This document shows, piece by piece, positions 55,836 to 64,000 of a stretch of 64,000 nucleotides of DNA (positions are counted from its first letter, which is position 1; the number at the start of each line of letters is the position of its first letter). Origin of the DNA: Candidatus Multivorans sp. GTDB lineage: Bacteria > Acidobacteriota > Thermoanaerobaculia > Multivoradales > Multivoraceae. The notes under the pieces were generated by a model, which made no database searches, was not told where the DNA came from, and worked only from the letters and a program-made list of their open reading frames with translations. The stretch lies in the NCBI GenBank assembly GCA_965224025.1, contig OZ245033.1, forward strand, positions 1,888,001 to 1,952,000. Reading direction: 5' to 3'. The position numbers and the translations under genes are program-made.

Positions 55836-58733
55836 TCAGTTCCCTCCCGTTCCCGCTCCCGTCATCACGCAGATGACCTTGATCCAGGGACTCTTCTCGG
55901 TGGTCATCGTGTCCTGGACCCAACCCAGATAGTCGTCGAAGATCTCGTCGATCTCCCGCATGCCCTTCTCTTCGCGAGCACGCTTGAACATCTCCTTCTG
56001 CAAGGACCGCTCCAGCGTTTGCCTGAAGCGGGCGAGTTGCCGTGACTTGAGTCGTTCCAGGGCATCGAGTTCCTCCTGCAGCTTGATGTTCACGACGTCC
56101 TCGAACCGGTTGCGCCGTTCCACGATGTGAGCGCGGGCCCGCTCAACCGCGACCGGCAGGAGCTCCCCAAGACTCTCGACATCCACTGACGAACCGCGAT
56201 TCGGGACCGCCTGACGGTCCAGGCCCGTCCATTCAAGCAGGTCGTCGAACGGAACCAGCGAATCGAATTCGTCCCCGCGGAAACGCGCGCCGACCCACTC
56301 GTAGACGAGAGGATGGCTCTTGCGGTTCGGCACGACACCCGAAAGCACGAATACGGCCTCCCCTCGCTCCAACCCCGGCAACCCGGCCAGCACGGGCGCT
56401 TCGTGCCGGCTGAAGAGAGCCAGCATCCGGTCGTTCAACCAGCCGACCACGGGGTTCAGCCGCCAGAGATAGTGCTGCCGCGGCCACGCCGCCTCGTCGC
56501 GCCGGCTCTCGGCAATGGCGTCGTTCATGCGCTTGTGGTCGGCGGTGAGTTCGAAGCGCCAGTTCTCCGGCACAATCTCCCGCGGCAGATAGCCGAAGCG
56601 GTGGCGCAGGTCCTCGGGAGCATCAAGCGTCAGGGTCATCGAGTCCCGGTTCGCTTCGAAGCGCAGGTCGCCCCGAGCGACCGCTTGCCGCCGAAGCCGA
56701 TGCAGGGCCGCCTCGCAGTACTCCAGGTCGCCATCGAAGAGCGACTTCGACGGCGCCGGCGCTTCGCTTGGGCGTCCCGGATCGTCCTCCGCGCCGCTCG
56801 TGCCGAGAAACAGGGCCAGCAGGCCGTCGCCCTCGTTCGATCTCGGCTGGAGCCGCTCGTCGAACCGCGTCGGCTCCTCGCCGCTGGCCATCGCTTCGCG
56901 GGTGATCTTCTCCTCTTCCTCGATGTCGTGAACGTTCATGAACGCCGAAGGATCGCCCACGTTCTTGTACGCCTGTTCGTCCTTCTCCTGGAGCACTTCG
57001 AGGATCCGCATGTCGCCGCGGATCGTCTCGTTGGCGCTCCGGGTCACGAGGTAGACGATCCGGGGTTCGCGCTCCTGCCCGTAGCGGTCTATCCGGCCGT
57101 TGCGCTGCTGGAACACCATCAGCGACCAGGGCATGTCGAAGTGGATCAGGCGGTGGCAGTGGTAGTGCAGGTTGATGCCCTCGGACGCCACATCCGAGCA
57201 GAGCAGCAGGCGCACCGGCCGCTTCTCGTTGCCGAAATCCTCCACCACCCTTTGCTGCTCGATGTCGCTCATGCCGCCGTGGAGGACTTCGATCTGGTTG
57301 GCGCCCAGCTTCGGCTTCAGATCCTGCCGCAGGCGGTCTCGAAGCCAGTGCAGGGTTTCGATCCGCTCGGTGAAGACGACGAGACGATCGGCCGGAGCCT
57401 TTGCCTTCCAGCGGAAGGGCTCGCCGCCCTGGATTGCCGCGAGCAGCGCCCGGTACTTGGCGTAGTCGCCCGGGCCGATGCGGGTCAGAGCCGAGCGCAG
57501 CTTCTTCAGTGAAGCGACTTCGGCGGCGATGCCTTCGGCCAGCTCGCCTTCCAGTTCCCGGCGGCGGCGCGCGATGCGGTGGTCAACGGTCTGGACGCAG
57601 GCTGCCGGACTGGAGAAGAGCGCCTTCTCCAACGTGACGATGAAGAGGTCCCGGCGAGTCGAACCCGCCGAGTTCGCCACGCGCACCGCCAGCAGGGCAT
57701 CGTAGGCCGCCTCCTCGGCGGCGGAGGCGTCGAAGGCCCGACGGTAGGTGGTCCGGTCCCGAAACGCCTCGCGGACCTCGTGCTGAATGTCCTTCTTGAA
57801 GCGACGGACGACGAGACCCTTGCCCCGGAAGTCCTCCGCGCTGTAGTCGTCCGGGTCCGCGATGGCGGTGGCGTCGAGCATGTTCATCAGGCTCGCGAAG
57901 CTCCTCGCCTTGCCGTCGTGCGGAGTGGCCGAGAGCATGATCAGCGTGTCGGACCGCCGCGCCAACAGACGAGCCAGGTGGCTGCGCAGGGAGCCCGTGC
58001 CGCGGTCGGCCACGTTGTGCGCTTCGTCGATGACGATCACGTCCCAGTACGCCTGTTCGAGGTAGGTGCGGTACTCGGAAGCCTGCTTCAACGTGTCGAT
58101 GGAGATGATCGTCTTGTCGTAGTAGTAGAACGGGTTGTGGTTGGTGGGGATGCGCCGCCGCACCCGCTGGATTCCGACCGAGTCGAGCCGCGTGAGCGGA
58201 ATCGTGAAGCGGTTCCAGAACTCCTTCTGGAACTGCGTGAGCATGCTCTTGAGCACCAGCACGAGGATGCGCCGGCCACGCCCCCGAGCCATCAGTTCGC
58301 TGACCAGGATGCCCGCCTCCAGCGTCTTTCCGAGTCCCACCGCGTCGGCGATCAGGATGCGCTGCCGTGGCCGGGAAAGAGCCTGGCGAGCAGGGTCGAG
58401 CTGGTACTGGACCAGGTCCATGGCGGCCTGATGGCCGACGTGGATGCGTTCGTCGTTGGGCACGGTGGCACGTAGCTGGCTCTCCATGTAGAGCCGGCTG
58501 TCCACGAATGAGGGTGAAAGATCCGGCGTCAGTCGGGTCTCGGCCGGATCGAGAAACTCGATCTCCTCCAGGGAACTAAGGAAGACGGCCTCCTGCTCGC
58601 GGACGAGTTCCGAAACGCCGTCGCAGACGAGCTGGTAAGCCCCCTCCGACGTCATGTCGACGCGGCGCACAACCCATTCCGCGTCGCGGATCAAGACCCG
58701 AGCGCCGGGGGCAGGAACCGCGGTCAGACTCAT
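55836..58733 (-). CDS. SNF2-family helicase/ATPase (DrmD/RapA-like)
   Basis: LIADAVGLGKT, IDEAHN, LSATPH, VVFTE, SEGINLH, QRNGRIDRYG; ends 4 nt before the MTase start. Confidence 0.93.
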   Translation of the reverse strand: MSLTAVPAPGARVLIRDAEWVVRRVDMTSEGAYQLVCDGVSELVREQEAVFLSSLEEIEFLDPAETRLTPDLSPSFVDSRLYMESQLRATVPNDERIHVGHQAAMDLVQYQLDPARQALSRPRQRILIADAVGLGKTLEAGILVSELMARGRGRRILVLVLKSMLTQFQKEFWNRFTIPLTRLDSVGIQRVRRRIPTNHNPFYYYDKTIISIDTLKQASEYRTYLEQAYWDVIVIDEAHNVADRGTGSLRSHLARLLARRSDTLIMLSATPHDGKARSFASLMNMLDATAIADPDDYSAEDFRGKGLVVRRFKKDIQHEVREAFRDRTTYRRAFDASAAEEAAYDALLAVRVANSAGSTRRDLFIVTLEKALFSSPAACVQTVDHRIARRRRELEGELAEGIAAEVASLKKLRSALTRIGPGDYAKYRALLAAIQGGEPFRWKAKAPADRLVVFTERIETLHWLRDRLRQDLKPKLGANQIEVLHGGMSDIEQQRVVEDFGNEKRPVRLLLCSDVASEGINLHYHCHRLIHFDMPWSLMVFQQRNGRIDRYGQEREPRIVYLVTRSANETIRGDMRILEVLQEKDEQAYKNVGDPSAFMNVHDIEEEEKITREAMASGEEPTRFDERLQPRSNEGDGLLALFLGTSGAEDDPGRPSEAPAPSKSLFDGDLEYCEAALHRLRRQAVARGDLRFEANRDSMTLTLDAPEDLRHRFGYLPREIVPENWRFELTADHKRMNDAIAESRRDEAAWPRQHYLWRLNPVVGWLNDRMLALFSRHEAPVLAGLPGLERGEAVFVLSGVVPNRKSHPLVYEWVGARFRGDEFDSLVPFDDLLEWTGLDRQAVPNRGSSVDVESLGELLPVAVERARAHIVERRNRFEDVVNIKLQEELDALERLKSRQLARFRQTLERSLQKEMFKRAREEKGMREIDEIFDDYLGWVQDTMTTEKSPWIKVICVMTGAGTGGN

Positions 58734-58873
58734 GCGAGCGTTGGGCCGCAGCCGTCAACGAAGGCCGGCGCGATCATGCAACTTCTCCTTGCTCAGCCTT
58801 CACCCTTCGATCCAACTTGATCGTGACCGTCTTCAAGGCGCGGTTCGGGGATGAAGTGCCGCGGAAGTCTCGC

Positions 58874-59083
58874 CTACTCCGACCGCGGCAGCGACACCGC
58901 CAGGACCACGCCGAGGCAGGCCAGCACGACGACGTAGAAGATCGTCGTCACGACATCAGCCAGCACCGGAAAGTCGACTGGCCCGGCCAGCGATCTCCGG
59001 CAGGTGGCGAGCGGGAGGCCACCGCCGATCACCGCGAACACGATCCACTGAGTCCAACTGAGTCGCGATGTCTTGTCCGTCAT
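58874..59083 (-). CDS. Small two-TM hypothetical membrane protein
   Basis: 69 aa with two hydrophobic segments; fills an intergenic gap; GGGAAG upstream. Confidence 0.45.
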   Translation of the reverse strand: MTDKTSRLSWTQWIVFAVIGGGLPLATCRRSLAGPVDFPVLADVVTTIFYVVVLACLGVVLAVSLPRSE

Positions 59084-59267
59084 CTTCCCGGTCCGGTTGT
59101 CATGCGGTCAGGCTCGTGGCTTGCTGCCGGTGCGGTGGTGGAGGATGTCACAGATCGGAGGGCTTCGCAGCCTCACCGGACGAACCCGCCAGGCGGAGAT
59201 CGCCTCGCTCATCGAGGCGATAGGCTGTCCGGTAAACACAGCAGAAGCACACAGCCGGGAGGTCGAG

Positions 59268-60392
59268 ATGCGGATCAGGCAGCACAGGAGGTCTTCGTTC
59301 TGGAGGGTCTGGGGCACCGCGGTCATTTCGGCCCTGGTCGTTTTCGCCGCTTCCCCCGCGGCGGCCGAGGAGATCCCGCGCCGTCATGACGGACGGCCCG
59401 ACCTCTCCGGCACCTACGACATCGCGACGCTGACACCGGCTCAGCGGCCAGCGCAGTACGGGGAGCGGCTGGCGTTGACGCCGGACGAGGCGGCCGCGAT
59501 CGCAGAGCACTGGGAGACGAACTTCAACAAGGACCACGCTCCCAGCGACCCGAACCGCAAGGCGCCTCCCAAGGGCGGCACGGGCATCTACGCGCCGGAG
59601 TTCACGGGCGCCGCGGGCAAGGTGGGCGGCTACAACGCCTTCTTCGTCGACATCGGCACGGGCGCGTTCCAGCTCGACGGCAAGTACCGCACGTCGATCA
59701 TCACGGACCCACCCAACGGCCGCTACCCGCCGCTCAGCGCGATTGGCCAGCAGCGGACCGAGCGGCTCGCGCCGTTCCGGCATGAGAACACCGGCACGGC
59801 CTGGTGGATGCACCTGCCCGTAGGCCCGTACGACGACCCCGAGCTGCGGCCACTCGCCGAGCGCTGCATCCTCACCCGGGGCGCCTCGGGGCCGCCCTCC
59901 ATGCCAGGCATGTACAACAACCTGAAGACGATCGTGCAGACCGACGACCATGTGATGATCCTGATCGAATGGATGCACGACACCCGGATCATCCGGCTCG
60001 ACTCGGAGCACCTCCCGGACAGCGTCCGCAACTGGAGCGGCGACTCGATCGGCTGGTGGGAAGGCGACACCCTGGTCGTCGACACGACGAACTTCCGCGA
60101 GGTTCGAGACTCGGTCAGCCGGGCGTCGCGCGATCTGCACGTGGTGGAACGGATCAGCCGAATCGACGCGAACACCCTTCGCTACCAGTTCACGGTCGAG
60201 GATCCGGTCTACGAGACCGCCTGGAGCGGGGAGTACCCGTGGCCGGCGACCGGCCACCGGCTCTACGAGTACGGCTGCCACGAGGGGAACTACGCGCTCG
60301 GCGGCATCCTGCGCGGCGCGCGGCTCCTGGAGCAGGAGGCGATCGAGCAGGGTGCTTCCGGCACCTCGACCGGGTCCGGGTCCGGCGACTGA
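59268..60392 (+). CDS. Secreted conserved hypothetical protein, paralog 2
   Basis: GGAGGT RBS, signal peptide, DGRPDLSGTYDIATLTP, PSDPNRKAPPKGGTGIYAPEFTGAAGKVGGYNAFFVDIG identical to paralog 1, EYGCHEGNY. Confidence 0.85.
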   Translation: MRIRQHRRSSFWRVWGTAVISALVVFAASPAAAEEIPRRHDGRPDLSGTYDIATLTPAQRPAQYGERLALTPDEAAAIAEHWETNFNKDHAPSDPNRKAPPKGGTGIYAPEFTGAAGKVGGYNAFFVDIGTGAFQLDGKYRTSIITDPPNGRYPPLSAIGQQRTERLAPFRHENTGTAWWMHLPVGPYDDPELRPLAERCILTRGASGPPSMPGMYNNLKTIVQTDDHVMILIEWMHDTRIIRLDSEHLPDSVRNWSGDSIGWWEGDTLVVDTTNFREVRDSVSRASRDLHVVERISRIDANTLRYQFTVEDPVYETAWSGEYPWPATGHRLYEYGCHEGNYALGGILRGARLLEQEAIEQGASGTSTGSGSGD

Positions 60393-60410
60393 GGAGCGGG
60401 AGGTCAAGCC

Positions 60411-61267
60411 ATGCCAGACATCAACCTCATCCCCCATCCCTGACCGGCACGCCGATCGGCGCCGCGCTCGATCTCTGCGTCATCCTGGCGGCTCTGACCT
60501 GGCTGGCCACGGTGATCACCCGCGAGTACTCCTGGGTGGACCGCCTCTGGTCGCTCTGTCCGGCGATCTACTGTCTGATCGTGGCCGCGGACGCTGACTT
60601 TCAGTCACCGCGAGTGAACCTGATGACCGCCCTCGTCCTGCTCTGGGGGATCCGTCTCACCTTCAACTTCGCCCGCAAGGGGGGCTACCGGAAGGGCGGC
60701 GAGGACTACCGTTGGGCAACCGTCCGGGAGCGGTTCGGGCCGATCGGCATCCAGGTGATGAACATCACGTTCATCTGCCCGGGCCAGATGCTGCTGATCT
60801 GGTGGTTCACTTCGCCGGTACACGCGGCCTGGGAGGCGGGAGACGCGCCGCTTGGCGGACTCGACATTGCCGCCGCCGCGCTGTTCCTTCTGTTCCTGAT
60901 CGGCGAAACCGCCGACGACGAGCAGATGTGGGCCTTCCAGCAGGACAAGAAGCGCAGGATCGCCGCCGGCGATGAGGTCGTGCAACCGTTCATGACCACC
61001 GGGCTCTTCCGCGTCAGCCGCCACCCCAACTACCTGTGCGAAATGGCCATGTGGTGCGTGTTCTACCTGTTCGCCGTCGCCGCGTCGGGCCAGTGGATTC
61101 ACTGGACCGGCCTCGGCTGCCTGATGCTCATCGCCCTCTTTGTCGGGTCGATACCGCTCGGAGAGTCCATTGCGGCCGGCAAGTACCCGGCCTACCGCCA
61201 ATACCAGGCGGCCACTCCCTGCGTGATTCCGGGGCTGCGCATGGGACGCGTGGGAACTACCGACTAG
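60411..61267 (+). CDS. DUF1295 / steroid 5-alpha-reductase-like membrane protein (apparent frameshift in the C-run at 60431-60435)
   Basis: SWVDRLWS, WGIRL, GEDYRW, ADDEQ...F, TGLFRVSRHPNY. The RBS-linked ATG at 60411 is out of frame unless one C is added. Confidence 0.82.
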
Positions 61268-61331
61268 CACTGGGCGCGTCGGTGGTACGCTCGCCGACGC
61301 CCAAAACCAAGTTCCGAAGGAGGAACCACGC

Positions 61332-62630
61332 GTGATCCGATTGCGTCCTCGGGGGCAGTTCGCCCCGCTTGTCTTCGCCGCCGCCTGTCTGTTGCTTGCG
61401 GCATTTGTTCTCACACCGGCGTTTGCCGGCGAACGCGACCTCGGCATGGCCAAGCCGGCCGATGTCGGCATGGACCCGGCCAGCCTCGAGAAACTGGGCG
61501 CGGCAATGCACGGCATGGTCGACGATGGCAAGCTCGCCGGCGTCGTCACGGTGGTCTCGCGCCAGGGCAAGCTGGTCCACTTCGACGCTTACGGGATGCA
61601 GGACATCGCGAACGAGGTCCCGGTCGCGAAGGACACGATCTTCCGCATCTACTCGATGACCAAGCCGATCATCGGCACAGCATTGATGACGTACTACGAC
61701 GAGGGCCGCTTCACGCTCGACGATCCGGTGTCGAAGTTCATCCCCGAGTTCGCGGATCTCAAGGTCGCGAAGGAGGACGGGCCGGACGGCATGCCCGTGG
61801 TCGAGGACGCCGACCACCCGATGACGATGCGCGAGTTGATGAGCCACACGGCGGGTTTGACCTACGGGCTGTTCTCGCAGTCCCAAGTCGACACGCTCTA
61901 CCAGAAGGCCGGGATCATTCTGGATTCCAGCCTCACCGTGAAGGAAATGGTCGGCAGGCTGGCCAAGATCCCGCTGCGCCAGCAGCCGGGGTCGATGTGG
62001 CACTACAGCGTCGCGGTCGACGTGCAGGGCTACGTGCTGGAAGTGCTGGCCGGCAAGCCGCTCGACGAGGTGCTGAACGCGCGCGTCTTCGGCCCCCTGG
62101 GCATGGACGACACCGCCTTCTGGGTCGAACCGGACAAGGCGGACCGGTTCTCGCACATGTACCAGACGAGCCAGGGCAAGCTGGCCAAAGTGGAGTTCGG
62201 GCAGTACCTCGAGAAGCCGAACTTCCTCTCCGGCGGCGGCGGGCTCGTGTCGACGGCCATGGACTACATGCGCTTCGCCCAGATGCTCGCCAACGGCGGC
62301 GAGCTCGGCGGCGTCCGCGTCCTGAAGCCGGAAACGGTCGAGCTGATGCACAGCGACCACCTGCCCGAGAACGTCACCGACATGGGGCCGCTCTACCGCG
62401 GCAACCGCTTCGGCCTGGATTTCTCGATCGTCACCGATCCCCACCCGGCCAGCGACCACGAACGCGCCAAGGGCGAGTACTGGTGGTACGGCATTGGCGG
62501 CACTTGGTTCGGCATCAACCCGGTCCAGGATCTGGTCGTCGTCGGCATGATCCAGAGCCGCGATTTCCCCGCCGCGGCGGCCGCGCGCTTCACCAGCAAG
62601 CGGCTCGCGTACGAAGCGATCGTCGACTGA
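61332..62630 (+). CDS. Serine hydrolase, beta-lactamase class C / EstB family
   Basis: Signal peptide; FRIYSMTK (SxxK), LMSHTAG, PGSMWHYS, PLGMDDT, GGGGLVST. Confidence 0.92.
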   Translation: MIRLRPRGQFAPLVFAAACLLLAAFVLTPAFAGERDLGMAKPADVGMDPASLEKLGAAMHGMVDDGKLAGVVTVVSRQGKLVHFDAYGMQDIANEVPVAKDTIFRIYSMTKPIIGTALMTYYDEGRFTLDDPVSKFIPEFADLKVAKEDGPDGMPVVEDADHPMTMRELMSHTAGLTYGLFSQSQVDTLYQKAGIILDSSLTVKEMVGRLAKIPLRQQPGSMWHYSVAVDVQGYVLEVLAGKPLDEVLNARVFGPLGMDDTAFWVEPDKADRFSHMYQTSQGKLAKVEFGQYLEKPNFLSGGGGLVSTAMDYMRFAQMLANGGELGGVRVLKPETVELMHSDHLPENVTDMGPLYRGNRFGLDFSIVTDPHPASDHERAKGEYWWYGIGGTWFGINPVQDLVVVGMIQSRDFPAAAAARFTSKRLAYEAIVD

Positions 62631-62689
62631 GGCGCGCCGCGGGCGCCCACGTTTCCGGGAACCACCTGAACCGTCGAGGAGGTAGGAAT

Positions 62690-64000
62690 ATGAGTCTGTT
62701 CGCCTGGTCGTGGATGTTCCTCATCCTCTACATCGCCGGCATGCTGACGTTCGGCTGGATCGCCAGCCGGCGAATCAGCAACGCGGACGATTTCGCCACC
62801 GCGCGCAGCAGCTACGGCCCCTACTTCCTGGCCCTGGCCTTTGCCGCCACGACCGCCAGCGGCGCCACCTTCCTCGGCAGTCCCGGCCTGGGCTACCAGT
62901 TCGGCATGGCCAGCGTCTGGGGCAAGTTCCTCTACCCGATGGGGGTCTACTTCGGAGTCCTGATCACGATCAGGCTGGTCGCCAACTCGGGGCACAAGTT
63001 CGGCAACCGGTCGATCCCCGAGTACCTCGGCGACCGCTACCGGAGCGACGGCGTGCGGCTGCTGGTCTCCGTCTTCTCCCTGGTCCTGTTCTTCTACGTC
63101 GCCGGGCAGCTCGTGTCGGGGCTGGTCATGTTCGAGACCATGCTGGGCCTCAAGCCGATGACGGCGCTGATCATCACGTCGGGCGTGCTGCTCGTCTACG
63201 TCGTCCTCGGCGGCGCCCACGCGGACATCCTCACGGACGGCATCCAGGGCATGATGATGCTCGCGGTCGCGGTGGTCGTCATCGTTATGTTCCTCTTCGC
63301 CTCCGGAATGGACGGCGGCCTCGGGGCGCTGATCGACAACCTGCGCGCCCAGGACGAGCACATGGTCGGGCCGCTCAACCAATCCAACTCCCTCTACGAC
63401 TCGTGGTGGGCGATTGCGGTCGTTCTCTTCGCCCACATTCCGCTCGGCATGCTGCCCCACATCGGCAACAAGGTGTGGGCGCTCAAGAACGACGGCGACC
63501 GGATGCGCTTCGTCAAGCTCGCCTTCGCCGTTGGCCTGACGATGGGCATGCTGGGGCTCGGCGGCATCCTCGCCCGCGGCGTCCTCGGCGGCGAACTTCT
63601 GGCGGCCGGGCGCAACCCGAACGAGGCGCTGCCCGCGCTGTTCATCGAACTGTTCCCGACCTGGTTGGCGGCCCTCATCGGCGTGGGGATCCTGGCCGCG
63701 ATCATGTCGACGGCGGACGGACTTGTCGTGTCGTCGTCCCAGATCGTCGCCAACGACATCTACCGCCGGTCGATCGTTCCCAAGTACAGCCCCCACCTGA
63801 GCGACGAAGACGTCGATCGCAAGGTGCTGGCGATCAGCCGCTGGAGCACGGTGATCGTGCTGGTCCTGTGTACCTTGATGGCCTGGGCGATGCAGGACAT
63901 GAACATCGCGCTCCTGGTCTGGATCGGCACCGGCGGCATGATGGCCGCCTTCGCGGGTCCGCTGGTCGTCGGCGGGTTGTGGCGCGGCGTTACTCTCGCA
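62690..64000 (+). CDS. Sodium:solute symporter family permease (3' end off-window)
   Basis: GAGGAGG RBS; manual translation MSLFAWSW...DDFATAR...ASGATFLGSPGLGY...SIPEYLGDRY...AAIMSTADG. Missing from the ORF track because no stop falls in the window. Confidence 0.9.
   Translation, partial: MSLFAWSWMFLILYIAGMLTFGWIASRRISNADDFATARSSYGPYFLALAFAATTASGATFLGSPGLGYQFGMASVWGKFLYPMGVYFGVLITIRLVANSGHKFGNRSIPEYLGDRYRSDGVRLLVSVFSLVLFFYVAGQLVSGLVMFETMLGLKPMTALIITSGVLLVYVVLGGAHADILTDGIQGMMMLAVAVVVIVMFLFASGMDGGLGALIDNLRAQDEHMVGPLNQSNSLYDSWWAIAVVLFAHIPLGMLPHIGNKVWALKNDGDRMRFVKLAFAVGLTMGMLGLGGILARGVLGGELLAAGRNPNEALPALFIELFPTWLAALIGVGILAAIMSTADGLVVSSSQIVANDIYRRSIVPKYSPHLSDEDVDRKVLAISRWSTVIVLVLCTLMAWAMQDMNIALLVWIGTGGMMAAFAGPLVVGGLWRGVTLA

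Noticed and set aside
32683-58733. Assignment as canonical DISARM, BREX, Druantia or type I/III RM
   Set aside because: No PLD (drmC) or separate drmB, no pglZ/brxC, no recognisable DruA-D/H partner, and no hsdS/hsdR or res/mod pair.
31130-59100. Island as an integrative element or prophage with att sites
   Set aside because: No integrase, tRNA, phage or conjugation genes, and I found no boundary direct repeats by eye.
62393-63796. 467-aa minus-strand ORF
   Set aside because: The real gene is the plus-strand symporter starting at 62690.

Overview
High-GC bacterial chromosomal DNA; the gene content suggests an Acidobacteriota-like organism (inference only). Five blocks: (1) 1-10.3 kb: 5' end of kynureninase, a squalene-synthase-family gene divergent from an RND efflux pump, an atypical cytochrome P450 and an MpaB/Lcp-family oxygenase, plus a deleted remnant of a second oxygenase copy. 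(2) 10.3-18.4 kb: GST, a TonB receptor/HupE-UreJ metal-uptake operon and a fabG-fabF-acp-acyltransferase operon. (3) 18.5-31.1 kb: rearranged sarcosine-oxidase-like genes, secreted proteins, a PQQ dehydrogenase-cytochrome c fusion, a ZIP transporter with a His/Asp repeat tail and a second GST. (4) 31.3-58.7 kb: a ~27 kb defence island. It holds TA loci and a DISARM-related four-gene operon (SNF2 helicase, ~1657-aa adenine MTase, ~2184-aa YprA/DUF1998 helicase-nuclease, RelE-like-UvrD fusion). Nested inside that operon is an ~8 kb cassette: MORC-type ATPase-histidine kinase fusion, long receiver protein, unknown 216-aa protein, N6/N4- and C5-MTases, and Vsr. The island carries several lesions: an ISL3 element with 8-bp target duplication in the big MTase, a +1 frameshift in the big helicase, a nonsense codon in vsr and a decayed vapBC. 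(5) 58.8-64 kb: secreted-protein paralog, DUF1295 protein, serine hydrolase and a partial sodium:solute symporter. No rRNA, tRNA or CRISPR array was seen. All calls are from motif reading without database searches.
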